Shown here: positions 53,909 to 63,851 of the stretch, one piece after another
How the letters are laid out: each line of letters opens with the position of its first letter
Numbering within the stretch: position 1 is the stretch's first letter
From: Candidatus Tantalella remota
Lineage (GTDB): Bacteria; Omnitrophota; Gorgyraeia; Tantalellales; Tantalellaceae
Length of the DNA stretch: 64,000 bases
Assembly: GCA_030765685.1 (NCBI GenBank)
Contig: JAVCCB010000013.1
Location: forward strand, 4,761 to 68,760
Direction of reading: 5' to 3'
Translations under genes and position numbers: made by a program
Notes under the pieces: generated by a model
What the model saw: only the letters and a program-made list of their open reading frames with translations
Databases searched by the model: none
Told to the model about the DNA's origin: nothing

Positions 53909-55333
53909 TTATTGGCGGCCTATCTTGATCAGCCGTTTACCAGACATAAGATTTTCTTCTATCTTTTCCAGCGGTACGCCCTTGGTCTCCGGCACAAAAA
54001 TGAAGAGGACGATTATAAAAATAACGTTAAGTCCTCCATAAAGCCAGAAGGTATGTGCCGGGCCGAGCACATTGAGCAGGGTAAGGAACGTGGCTCCCAC
54101 TATAGCGTTGCACAGCCAGTTCGTCGCCGTACTCACGGTAATACCCAGGTCTCTTCCACTAAGCGGAAATATTTCCGCGCAGATGACCCATATTATGGGC
54201 CCGGCACTCATCGCGAAACCTATTATGAACATAAGAAGCGACCCTACCGCGGCGTACTGAATAAGGTGAGACCCTTGTATCCCAAGGTGGAACATAAGCC
54301 CCAGAGAACCCATGCTGCATCCCATCACGACAAACCCGGCAAACAATATAGGTTTACGTCCAAGTTTATCAACGAGAGCTATGGCTATGAATGTAGCAAG
54401 TACGTTGATAAGCCCAACAAGAACGGTTCCCCACATGGCCTGCGAGGTAGTGGAAAACCCTGCCAGTTTGAATATCCTTGGAGCGTAATACATAACGACG
54501 TTCATCCCGGTGAACTGTTGTATGGCCTGAAGACCGATTCCAAGAAAAATGACTTTACGAAACTGTTTATTCGAGACCAACAGCTGCCATCCGCTTTGTT
54601 TTGACTCGAGAGCCTGTTCTATATCCTTGAGTTCCTCTTCGACCTCGTCTTCATGACGCAGTTTTGCCAAAACTTCTCTGGCTTTTTTTCTGTTACCGTT
54701 TAGGACCAGCCATCGCGGGCTTTTGGGCAATATCATGACCCCAAAGAACATGATAGCAGAGGGGATTACCAGCACACCAAGCATAAGGCGCCAGTGACCG
54801 CCGTAACTCAGGAACGTATCACTGAGATACGCGCTTAAAATACCTATAGTTATCATCAGCTGATACATCGATATCTACGCTCCTCTTACTCTCGGACACG
54901 CCATCTCCGATAGATAGAGTGGGGCGGTGAACGACGCGATACCGACAGCAAGACCAAGAAACAGCCTGACGCCTATCAAAACGGGCGTGTTGGGCGCGAT
55001 CGCGGAAAAGAACGCGCCAATGGCAAAGACTACCGCGCTCACGATCAAAGCGTTTTTCCTGCCGTATTTGCGGGAAAGAGCGCCGCTTATGATCGTACCT
55101 ATCAGAGCTCCTACCAGCAGTGAGCTCACGATGATCTCCTGAGATACGGTACCCGCGTTGAAGTGCTTAGCAATGAAAGGTAATGCTCCTGAAATAACAC
55201 CGATATCGAGGCCGAACAGGAGTCCAGCCAACGCGGCCATGAGACCTACAATATAGACCAGTACCTTACATTTTCGGACCTCCTTAAACTCTTCGGCAAT
55301 TACAGCGTCTGATTGAACAAAGTTGTTGTCCAT
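53909..55333 (-). pseudogene. MFS sugar-porter family transporter (GalP/AraE-like) interrupted by a single in-frame TAG
   Basis: Track ORFs 54875..55333 (N-terminal part, ...PLYLSEMACPRVRGA*) and 53909..54868 (MYQLMITIGIL...PETKG) are in the same frame. They are separated only by a TAG (plus strand CTA at 54875..54877) and then ATA TCG. The sugar-porter signatures run continuously across the stop. Confidence 0.7.
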
Positions 55334-55387
55334 GCACGTTTCTCCTTTCGTTTATTGAAAAGCTTTACTTTTTATCAGTATATCACA

Positions 55388-56341
55388 TCATTTCAGTTTG
55401 ATTCCGTACTTGGCGTCAAAGCCCTGAGCTTTTTCCAAGACTATCAATCCGTCATGGTTGTTAAAAGCGTTAATGCTGCACGTCATCGGCTCTATCGCCA
55501 CCGACATCCGGTCCGGCGGGGTATAGATCTGCAGGTAATTATATTTATTCTCACCGGTATCCTGCCACAAGACAAGTTTGAGGTCCTGACCTGGATCATA
55601 AAGTTCAGTTATGTGCCTATTGTCATCGCCGGGGCGTATCTTTAAGCACGTATCAAGGTCAAGACTGCCGATGGACCTCTGCTCGTTAAAAAGGACGTAC
55701 GGTTCAGTGAACCCCATGGGGACGTGCCGGTCGTCGACTTTTACCCGGTGTTCGGCATCGAGCCGGAGCAGAAGACCGTCTATCTTTCTGTGAAGAGTAA
55801 GGAAAGGATGCCACCCATCTCCCAAAGGCATCTCTTTATCCCCCAGATTCTCGACGCGTGTACGGCACATGAACCCCTCCGTCGCGTGAAGCGTATAATC
55901 CAGAAAGACTTTGAATGGGAAGGGATATCCGGGGAGAGAACCGTCATATAAAAAGAAAAAATTTACCCGCGCGTGATCATCGTACTCTTCCGGATCTTCG
56001 GCAATAAATTCCATCTTGTAAATAAACCCGTGACAGGCATTATGCTCTTCCGGGTAATTAATATCCATAAAATAAGTTTCCTCCCCGAAAATGTATTTGC
56101 CGCCCTTAAGGCGGTTAGGAAAGGGAAGTAGATGTGCACCCTTAAAGACATTTCTGTCGATAAATTCCTCCAGAGTGTTATTGCCCTCGAGTACAGAATA
56201 AAGGGTGCCATTCTTTTGAAGGACGAGTTCATCGACGTTAGCGCCGAAATGAGGGATAATAGAAACATATTCGCCGGTATCAGGGTTTGTTATTCTAACG
56301 CTTTCTAACCCATCGAAAATGTCTTCTTTCACACTAAACAT
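55388..56341 (-). CDS. galM: Aldose 1-epimerase (galactose mutarotase-like)
   Basis: 317 aa. Pattern N..G..FH.G..GF....W is characteristic of aldose epimerases. It sits in the Leloir operon context. Confidence 0.7.
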   Translation of the reverse strand: MFSVKEDIFDGLESVRITNPDTGEYVSIIPHFGANVDELVLQKNGTLYSVLEGNNTLEEFIDRNVFKGAHLLPFPNRLKGGKYIFGEETYFMDINYPEEHNACHGFIYKMEFIAEDPEEYDDHARVNFFFLYDGSLPGYPFPFKVFLDYTLHATEGFMCRTRVENLGDKEMPLGDGWHPFLTLHRKIDGLLLRLDAEHRVKVDDRHVPMGFTEPYVLFNEQRSIGSLDLDTCLKIRPGDDNRHITELYDPGQDLKLVLWQDTGENKYNYLQIYTPPDRMSVAIEPMTCSINAFNNHDGLIVLEKAQGFDAKYGIKLK

Positions 56342-56369
56342 ATCTGTAAGATCGATAGCCTTTCTCTTT

Positions 56370-57392
56370 TTAGTTTCCTATGACCTTCCTTAATCTCTCG
56401 GCTGCCTGTTCGGCGGTTATATCACGCTGGGGTTCTCCGAGCATCTCATATCCGACCATGAATTTTTTAACTGTCGCCGAGCGAAGAAGCGGGGGATAAT
56501 AATGTGCGTGTAGCTGCCAATACGGATGATCATATTCAATGAAAGGGGCGCCGTGCCAGCCCATGGTGTACGGGAAGGATGTCCCGAAAAGTTTATCGTA
56601 ACCTGTCAGATGTATCTTCAATATCTTCGCAAGCAGATCCCGCTCATCGTCCGAAAGGTCTATGATCCTTGAAACACGCCTTTTTGGCAGGAGTATGGTC
56701 TCAAAGGGCCATACCGCCCAGAAGGGGACAAGAACAGCCCAGCGTTCGTTCTCGAGGACCACACGTTCGCCTGAATCCAGTTCTTTTTCCAGATAATCCG
56801 TCAGAAGAACGGTTCCATTTTTCTCGAAATATTTCGCCTGCGTCCGGTCTTCTTTATTTGGCTCGTCCGGTAAAGCGCTGCCGGCCCAGATCTGGCTGTG
56901 CGGGTGGGGATTAGAACAGCCCATTATGGCGCCTTTGTTCTCAAAAACCTGTACCCATTTATATGTTTTGCCGAGTTCCATTGTTTGTTCGGCCCATGTA
57001 TCGACTACTTTTCTGATCTCTCCGGTTGACATACCAGCAAGCGTAAGGTCGTGTCGGGGAGAAAAACAGATGACCCTGCAGGTTCCGTTTACCCATTCGG
57101 TCCTGAAGAGCGGGTCTGAGACATCTATGGAAACTTCTTTCTCGGGGAGGAGAGCCGCGTAATCGTTCGTGAATACATAAGTGCTGTCGTATTTGGGGTT
57201 CTTCTCACCACCGGCTCTGGTATTGCCTGGACAAAGATAACATTTTTCGTCATATTCGGGACGTGTATCGGGGGGGAGAGCTTCTTTCTCGCCAAGCCAT
57301 GGGCGCTCAGCACGATGAGGGGAGACCAGGATCCATTCCCCGGTCAGAATGTTATATCTGCGATGCGGACTGTCTTTCGGTCCTGTTGCCAT
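56370..57392 (-). CDS. galT: Galactose-1-phosphate uridylyltransferase
   Basis: Zinc-site [12 protein letters not shown]. Active-site HPHSQIWA (HPH motif). 340 aa. Confidence 0.9.
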   Translation of the reverse strand: MATGPKDSPHRRYNILTGEWILVSPHRAERPWLGEKEALPPDTRPEYDEKCYLCPGNTRAGGEKNPKYDSTYVFTNDYAALLPEKEVSIDVSDPLFRTEWVNGTCRVICFSPRHDLTLAGMSTGEIRKVVDTWAEQTMELGKTYKWVQVFENKGAIMGCSNPHPHSQIWAGSALPDEPNKEDRTQAKYFEKNGTVLLTDYLEKELDSGERVVLENERWAVLVPFWAVWPFETILLPKRRVSRIIDLSDDERDLLAKILKIHLTGYDKLFGTSFPYTMGWHGAPFIEYDHPYWQLHAHYYPPLLRSATVKKFMVGYEMLGEPQRDITAEQAAERLRKVIGN

Positions 57393-57744
57393 CTTCCTCC
57401 GTTAGAAATAATCTTATTAAATATAAGTATACTGTTATCGGGGGGAAAAGCAAAGACTGTAACAGTAAACTGGGAACGGATCAGGGAATCGGGAATAGTA
57501 CCGGGTCCTGGGTACCAGTATCGGGCAAGTTCCAAACGCTCTCAATCTTAACCTGCCAGAACTAACCAGGTTAAAACCGTAGCGCCTAATATCCCCTTAA
57601 CCTGGTTAAGATCTGTGCAGGTTAAGTTCGGCTATTCCTGTATCATGAGTATGGCAGGGTTTACCCTTGCCAAAACAGGCCATTAGAGTAATAATATTTA
57701 TAATTATATACAGGATTTGACACAAAACAAGAAAAGAGTACGTT

Positions 57745-59064
57745 ATGATGAATAAATCAAGAAGACCCCTGATCATAGGAATACCTCAAGAAGCGAGGGA
57801 CTCAGAGCGAAGAGCGCCCCTTACGCCTTCTAATGTAAAATGGCTCATCGACCAAGGCCTTAAGGTAGAGGTCGTATCCTGCCCGAAACGCATTTTTGAA
57901 GACAAAGAATACAGGGATGCCGGAGCCACGGTAGTCAAAAAGACCAAAAAAGCGAACTTTATGGTCGGAATTAAAGCTCCCGAACCGGAAAACCTGCTCC
58001 CGGGTAAGGTCTACATGATCTTTTCGCATACAATGAAAGGTCAAAGGGACAACATCTCTCTCTTAAAGGAAATGTTGAAAAAAGGGGTCACGCTGATCGA
58101 TTACGAGAAGATCCGCGATAACAGGGGTAAGCGAATAGTGTTTTTCGGGAGGTTTGCCGGTATCTGCGGACTTGTAGACAGCCTTCATTATTATGGCAAA
58201 AAAATGGCCCTCAAGGGCATAAAGACACCTTTCCTACAGATCAAACCCAGCTGGAAGTACCGCGATCTGGAACATCTTAAAGAAGGTGTCTCAAAAGTGG
58301 GAGAGATCATCGCGACAAAGGGGCTTAGCAAGCGCATAACGCCGTTCATCATAGGGATGATCGGCAGAGGCAACGTCTCTAGCGGAGCGCAGGAAGTCCT
58401 TGCTCTGATGAACTCTATCGAGGTGCATCCCCAGGACATGCGAAAATTCATAAGAAGCAAAAACGATGACGGGAAGCATATTTACTCCATCGTCTTTTAT
58501 CGGGAAGAGAAGCTGCGCCACAAAGCCAAGAAGAAGTTCTATTTTGAGGAGTATCTCGATCATCCCGGAGTTTTCGAATCAAATATGGACAAATATATCT
58601 CCGAGCTGAACATGCTCGTGAACACCAGCTACTGGGATGACCATTACCCGCGATTGATAACGAAAAAAATGATACAAACATGTTCTAAAAGAAAGAACTT
58701 TCGCCTGCAGTTCATCTCCGACATATCCTGTGATGTGGAAGGAGCCGTAGAGTTGACGTACAAGACGACGACCCAGAAAAAACCGGTTTACACATATGAC
58801 CCCGTGACTAACAGCTTTAAAGATGGCGTTAACTCCCGCGGAATATCTATCCTCGCGATAGATAATCTGCCCACTGAACTCCCCGCGGATTCGTCAGAAA
58901 ATTTCAGCGACATAATAAGGGAATATGTATATCAGGTGGCCGCGCATGGGTCCAAAGATATAGTTGATCACATCGCCTTGCCTCGGGAGATACGGGAGGC
59001 TACGATAACCCAGAGAAACAGCCTGACGGACAGCTACCAGTATTTAAAATGGCACCTGCAATGA
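57745..59064 (+). CDS. Alanine-dehydrogenase/PNT N-terminal-domain protein, saccharopine-dehydrogenase / LOR-like
   Basis: N-terminus RRAPLTPSNVKWLIDQGLKVEVV matches the AlaDh_PNT_N pattern. 439 aa. Confidence 0.55.
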   Translation: MMNKSRRPLIIGIPQEARDSERRAPLTPSNVKWLIDQGLKVEVVSCPKRIFEDKEYRDAGATVVKKTKKANFMVGIKAPEPENLLPGKVYMIFSHTMKGQRDNISLLKEMLKKGVTLIDYEKIRDNRGKRIVFFGRFAGICGLVDSLHYYGKKMALKGIKTPFLQIKPSWKYRDLEHLKEGVSKVGEIIATKGLSKRITPFIIGMIGRGNVSSGAQEVLALMNSIEVHPQDMRKFIRSKNDDGKHIYSIVFYREEKLRHKAKKKFYFEEYLDHPGVFESNMDKYISELNMLVNTSYWDDHYPRLITKKMIQTCSKRKNFRLQFISDISCDVEGAVELTYKTTTQKKPVYTYDPVTNSFKDGVNSRGISILAIDNLPTELPADSSENFSDIIREYVYQVAAHGSKDIVDHIALPREIREATITQRNSLTDSYQYLKWHLQ

Positions 59065-60134
59065 CAAAAAACACTAGAAAAAAAAGTTCCCTGACAATAC
59101 TTGCCATAGGCGATATCGCCGATTTTGATTCTTTCTGCAAACTCGACAAGGAAAAACGATACATCAATAAATGCGGGATAGAATACAAAGCTATCGACTA
59201 CGACCACATACTCAAAAAAGGGGAACTGGACATACTCACAAAAAACACCGTTATTTTTCCTTTCTTTCCGTTCAAATACTGGGACAAGAACATCGAACAC
59301 AAAAAGTACCGCGGTCTTTACGGAAACATTTCTTTCAGTAAAAAGTTTCTTACTTTCTGTAAACTCGTTGACCGCAATATCGACATGATGTTCGCCGGCA
59401 AAAAATATATTTTCATGAACGACCTCCAGAAATGCGCTCTTTATCGTGACAAAAAGACGGTAATGACACTTCTCAAGAAGAAAGGGGTAAAAGTTCCCGC
59501 GACCTTCTACACGAAAAGTGCGAAGAGGATAAAAGACCTGCTTTTTCGCGGAAAGAAGATCTTCATCAAACCGAGATGCGGATCTATGGGGAAGGGGATA
59601 ACGTATCTGGAAGAGGGTTCCTGGAAAACCAATTTTAAGGTAAGGAAAAACAAAATAAGTAACCGGCATTCCGATTACGGCTGGAAGTTCAGGAACGTGA
59701 CGGGCAATTCCTCGTTCCTAAGAGACCTACTTCGAAGGGATCTGCAGATAGAAGAAGCAGTAGATACCCTCGTTATAGGTGACCATAAAGTGGATTTCAG
59801 GGTTTACGTGTTCTCCGGGAAAGCCCTCTACGTATATCCGCGGCTCAACTCCAGGGATTCCGTTACAACAAACATATCCCAGGGTGGTAAAGGCCGTCCG
59901 GGTATCCTAAAAAAGATCCCCAAAAAAGTGGTGGCCATGATAGAGAAAGAAAGCGTTAAGGCCGCAAAAGCGCTCGGCCTCGGTCTAGCGGGCGTAGACG
60001 TCGTGGTCGACCAGGACATGAAGAACGCTTACATCGTAGACATAAACATGTTTCCGGGATTACCTAAAAGACGTACTATCAACTTAGCCCGGGTTATGGT
60101 AGACGAAATAGCGAGCAAACGAACTAAATACTGA
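59049..60134 (+). CDS. ATP-grasp fold protein (YheC/YheD- or RimK-like)
   Basis: KIFIKPRCGSMGKGI...DFRVYVFSGKALYVYPR...QGGKG...VVDQDMKNAYIVDINMFPG. It overlaps the upstream gene by 16 bp. Confidence 0.55.
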   Translation: MAPAMTKNTRKKSSLTILAIGDIADFDSFCKLDKEKRYINKCGIEYKAIDYDHILKKGELDILTKNTVIFPFFPFKYWDKNIEHKKYRGLYGNISFSKKFLTFCKLVDRNIDMMFAGKKYIFMNDLQKCALYRDKKTVMTLLKKKGVKVPATFYTKSAKRIKDLLFRGKKIFIKPRCGSMGKGITYLEEGSWKTNFKVRKNKISNRHSDYGWKFRNVTGNSSFLRDLLRRDLQIEEAVDTLVIGDHKVDFRVYVFSGKALYVYPRLNSRDSVTTNISQGGKGRPGILKKIPKKVVAMIEKESVKAAKALGLGLAGVDVVVDQDMKNAYIVDINMFPGLPKRRTINLARVMVDEIASKRTKY

Positions 60135-60154
60135 ATACTATATACTAAATACAA

Positions 60155-60580
60155 ATGGAGGACATGATCATTCAACGAGCCGCCGAAACCGACTGGCCTT
60201 ATATAAAAGAAAAGCTGGTAAAATATATGCTGGACTCTGACGATGCAGACTGGCCTCAGTTCTTTGTCGCGAAAGAAAACGACAAGACAATAGCTTTCGC
60301 CAGGCTGAAAGATCACGGCAGCTATTTTGAACCCGCTTCTGTGGGGGTGGACTACTATCACAGAAAGTCTGGTATCGGAACAGAAATTCTCACGTTCCTT
60401 GTCGGAGAGGCTAGAAGGCTGGCTCCTGAAAAAGAAATTTACGCGGTTACACACCGTCCGGAATTTCTGAAGAAAAGCGGCTTTGAAGAAATCTCCGATG
60501 GTCCGAAAGAGATGGAATGGAAACGGCAGAATAAATGCATCCATCCGGAGGATGCCGCTATATTGAGATATGCAGGGTAA
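60155..60580 (+). CDS. GNAT-family N-acetyltransferase
   Basis: 141 aa. HRKSGIGTEILTFLVGEARRLA (motif A, Q/RxxGxG/A). The alternative start at 60164 sits directly after GGAGG. Confidence 0.7.
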   Translation: MEDMIIQRAAETDWPYIKEKLVKYMLDSDDADWPQFFVAKENDKTIAFARLKDHGSYFEPASVGVDYYHRKSGIGTEILTFLVGEARRLAPEKEIYAVTHRPEFLKKSGFEEISDGPKEMEWKRQNKCIHPEDAAILRYAG

Positions 60581-60702
60581 ATTGTGAACAGTAAACAGAA
60601 TTTGGGAAGAGGGAATGGAGAATGGAGAATGGGGAATAGTGGCACAATTCCCTGTTCCCTATTCACGATTCCCAAAAATTGTGCCCAGGATTATCTATAA
60701 CT

Positions 60703-60990
60703 ATGAAATGTACTAAGTGCAAAAAAGGACTGATGATCGAAACCTCTATGCGGAAACTGGACATCTCTGTAAAGTGGCTTCTCATTTTTATTTTAGTAAT
60801 TATCATCTATTTTGTGGTTTACGGAATGTTATCTCGCAAATCCGGATCAGACAGCGCAATGCCCATCTTTGTGGGATTATCGCCATTGGTATTCGGCCCG
60901 CTTGTCATGCAATTCAGGCGAAGAAAAAACGTCCACGGCTGGAAATGCCCTGTTTGCGGAAATTTCATACGGGAAAAGGACGTTGGCTGA
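60703..60990 (+). CDS. Small zinc-ribbon membrane protein
   Basis: MKCTKCKKG...TM helix...WKCPVCGN. Two CxxC pairs flank one TM segment. Confidence 0.45.
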   Translation: MKCTKCKKGLMIETSMRKLDISVKWLLIFILVIIIYFVVYGMLSRKSGSDSAMPIFVGLSPLVFGPLVMQFRRRKNVHGWKCPVCGNFIREKDVG

Positions 60991-61117
60991 GAAGTCATAG
61001 CTTACGAGTCACTTCTAAGTCACCTGTGCGCGATACCCCATAAGCAAGATATCTCTGGACAAAAAACGTTTCGTAAATACCTTTCAATAGCTTATAATGA
61101 TAGAAAAGGGAGAGCTG

Positions 61118-61417
61118 ATGAAGAAGAAACAGGTAAAAAAGATTCTTGCCGGCATGGGGATTGTGAGCCTTATCTCAAGTGTAGGGTTCCTGACTTCCGC
61201 GCAAGCGGGACAAAGCGGGTCCTCCGATTCAGGATCTTGCGGGAAGGGTTCTTGCGGCTCAAAAAACGCCACTACCGAAGCGTCAGCAAAGTCTTCCTGC
61301 GGGAAGGGTTCCTGTGGTAAAGGTGCTGCCGGGGCAAACGCGAAAGGCTCATGCGGGAAAGGCGCCGCCAACACAGCCGGCGCTACTGAATTTTCCGGAG
61401 AAGACATTCCGTATTGA
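61118..61417 (+). CDS. Small repeat peptide: an N-terminal hydrophobic signal- or leader-like segment followed by a Gly/Ser/Lys/Cys-rich region with three SCGKGSCGKG repeats. It is a candidate precursor for the adjacent radical SAM enzyme.
   Basis: MKKKQVKKILAGMGIVSLISSVGFLTSAQA|GQSGSSDSGSCGKGSCGSKNATTEASAKSSCGKGSCGKGAAGANAKGSCGKGAANTAGATEFSGEDIPY. AAGGGAGAG lies before the ATG at 61118. Confidence 0.55.
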   Translation: MKKKQVKKILAGMGIVSLISSVGFLTSAQAGQSGSSDSGSCGKGSCGSKNATTEASAKSSCGKGSCGKGAAGANAKGSCGKGAANTAGATEFSGEDIPY

Positions 61418-61458
61418 TCAAGAGCCGATCAGCTCTATAGTTACAATGGGGGGATGGG

Positions 61459-63078
61459 ATGATCATCCCGCCCCCCATTCAGCATTACCTCAAAACGGTT
61501 CTTATGCACACTACTCATAAAGAACAGCTCGAAGATCTCTATCCTGTATCCTGCTCGATACTCGAACATGATCTTATAGAAAGGTTAGCTTCCAAAACAA
61601 ATGAACCTTTCGACCCCGAGGATCTGGCAGATATTTTAGAATTCTTCTGCAGCGATGACAATATTCCGGACTTCATCCCTGAACTCGCCCGTCTGGAATG
61701 GACTTTCAATAAAGTAAAAACTTCAGATGTCGATCTGCTCGCAGACTCGGACGCAACAGAAATAAACCCATCTCTTGAGGTGGTCGATCTTTCATGGAAA
61801 CTTTCCTCATTTCTCACTGGTAGCCCGACTGCAAGTCCCGAAAAAAACAACGAATGGGCGCTCATCTGGAAAGACCCCACAACCGGTGAGGTCAGGGTCA
61901 AGGCGGCCTCAAGCGAAGATTTACTCGCCCTTAAGATGATCGCGGAAGACCTTGCTCTGGACAAAGCCGCAGAACAAGGGAATGTTCCAGTAGAATGTAT
62001 ATGGATAATATTCTCTAACGCGACTAAAGAAGGAATACTTATCGAACCACGCTCATGCATTAGAAGGCGTGTCGGCTCATCTGACGACCCCGAGGAATTT
62101 CAGAGCGCGGATACTTTTACTCTGCAATGGCACATAACAAATACCTGTGACCTTCATTGTAAACATTGTTACGACCGCAGTGAAAGATCACCGCTCACGC
62201 TTAACCAGGCGCTGGGTATCCTCAACGATATGCGTTTCTTCTGTAAAAAAAGGCATGTCCAGGGGCACGTATGTTTCACCGGCGGCAACCCCTTCATGCA
62301 CGTAGATTTTTTTGACATCTATGCTGAGACCGTCAAACGGGGGTTTTCCACATCTATCCTGGGAAATCCCGTCCCCCGTGAGAAGATCCAGAAACTTATA
62401 AATATACGTAAACCCTTTTATTTCCAAGTAAGCCTTGAAGGGCTTGAAGAACATAATGATCACATCCGTGGTAAAGGGCATTTCCTGAGTATTATCGAAT
62501 TTTTAGAGGTTTTGCGTGACTTAAACGTGTCCACTGCCGTAATGCTTACTCTTACAAAAGATAATATAGACCAGGTTATACCTCTGGCAGAAAAACTGCG
62601 TGGCCATACTGAATATTTCACCTTTAACCGTCTTTCAAGAGTGGGAGAGGGCGCCAACCTTTTTCTCCCTACGCCTAAAAAATATGAGGCTTTTCTGGAA
62701 CTTTATGTAAAAGCTTCTGAAAACAATCACATTATAGGATTCAAGGACAACCTTATAAACATAACCCTGCATAATCAAGGAAGTCCGACCTTTGACGGCT
62801 GCACGGGTTACGGTTGTGGCGCGGCGTTCAACTTTCTTACAGTCCTGCCTGACGGAGAAACTCACGCGTGCCGTAAATTTCCTTCACCGGTAGGCAATGT
62901 GGTAACGCACACCATCGCTGATGTCTACGATTCCCGGAAAGCCGCACTTTACCGAAAAGGACCCAGTGAGTGCACGGGCTGCGCTCTTGTAAGATCCTGC
63001 AAAGGATGTATGGCTATCTCGCACAGCCAGGGGCTTGATGTTTTTAAGAATAAAGACCCATATTGTTTTATACGTTGA
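61459..63078 (+). CDS. Radical SAM enzyme with a C-terminal SPASM/twitch auxiliary Fe-S domain (peptide-modifying maturase-like) and a ~200 aa N-terminal extension
   Basis: Radical SAM motif CDLHCKHC (Cx3Cx2C) near aa 225. Gly-rich SAM motif GGNPF. C-terminal Cys-rich region CTGYGCGAAFNF...HACRKF...CTGCALVRSCKGC (Cx2Cx5Cx2C), typical of SPASM domains. Confidence 0.8.
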   Translation: MIIPPPIQHYLKTVLMHTTHKEQLEDLYPVSCSILEHDLIERLASKTNEPFDPEDLADILEFFCSDDNIPDFIPELARLEWTFNKVKTSDVDLLADSDATEINPSLEVVDLSWKLSSFLTGSPTASPEKNNEWALIWKDPTTGEVRVKAASSEDLLALKMIAEDLALDKAAEQGNVPVECIWIIFSNATKEGILIEPRSCIRRRVGSSDDPEEFQSADTFTLQWHITNTCDLHCKHCYDRSERSPLTLNQALGILNDMRFFCKKRHVQGHVCFTGGNPFMHVDFFDIYAETVKRGFSTSILGNPVPREKIQKLINIRKPFYFQVSLEGLEEHNDHIRGKGHFLSIIEFLEVLRDLNVSTAVMLTLTKDNIDQVIPLAEKLRGHTEYFTFNRLSRVGEGANLFLPTPKKYEAFLELYVKASENNHIIGFKDNLINITLHNQGSPTFDGCTGYGCGAAFNFLTVLPDGETHACRKFPSPVGNVVTHTIADVYDSRKAALYRKGPSECTGCALVRSCKGCMAISHSQGLDVFKNKDPYCFIR

Positions 63079-63169
63079 CAAAATACTATACCAGCAACTA
63101 AAACCAAAACTATTGACTAAAACGAGATAGGTTTTACTATATACTAAATACTAACCTACGGGAGCTTTC

Positions 63170-63754
63170 TTGAATTTCGGTTTCTTGCTATTTAACGGAA
63201 TGGAAGAGCTTGACCTTGTCGGGCCCTGGGAAATGATCACCACATGGGGTGCCTATGCCGGGGGACCGGACAACTGTCTTATGATAGCCGAGACACCGGA
63301 ACCTGTTAGATGTTACAACGGAATGAACGTTATACCTCATGCTACTATAGATATCGCGGCAAAACTCGATTATCTGCTTGTCCCGGGCGGAATGGGAACA
63401 CGAAAAGAAGTCAACTACGCGGCGCTTGTGGATTACGTCACCGCTCAGGAAAAGACCTGTAAAGCGATCCTTTCTGTTTGTACGGGGGCATTTATCCTGC
63501 ATGCCGCGGGCCTCCTGCATGGTAAAAGAGCTACTACACACTGGATGTCATTAAATCGATTAAAAGACCTGGGCGATGTTGAAGTCGTGGAAGAACGTGT
63601 AGTCAAAGACGGAAAAATATGGACCTCCTCAGGCGTTTCCGCCGGCATAGATCTGGCCCTGGCTTTCATAAAGCATGAATCCGGGGAAGACGCGGCCGGG
63701 AAAGTGCAGGCCCTCACCGAATATTATCCCTCAGGCAAGAAATACGGGAAATAG
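63170..63754 (+). CDS. DJ-1/PfpI-family (class I glutamine amidotransferase-like) protein
   Basis: TTG start with GGGAG RBS. Nucleophile elbow ILSVCTGAFILHAAGLL and the downstream His (ATTHW). Confidence 0.8.
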   Translation: MNFGFLLFNGMEELDLVGPWEMITTWGAYAGGPDNCLMIAETPEPVRCYNGMNVIPHATIDIAAKLDYLLVPGGMGTRKEVNYAALVDYVTAQEKTCKAILSVCTGAFILHAAGLLHGKRATTHWMSLNRLKDLGDVEVVEERVVKDGKIWTSSGVSAGIDLALAFIKHESGEDAAGKVQALTEYYPSGKKYGK

Positions 63755-63851
63755 CCTCCATTATCCAAAGACCTTTCCTTAACCCTAAATTAACACTCAG
63801 GGGGTATACTTAAAGTAGTTGAGTACGGGTATTCTTAGGAAGGAGGAGAAG

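Noticed and set aside
54869-54877. Stop-codon reassignment (TAG as a sense codon) as the explanation for the split MFS transporter
   Set aside because: TAG terminates other well-supported genes in the window, for example 17685..18503 and 18524..19171, with downstream genes starting immediately after. A nonsense mutation or sequencing error is more parsimonious.
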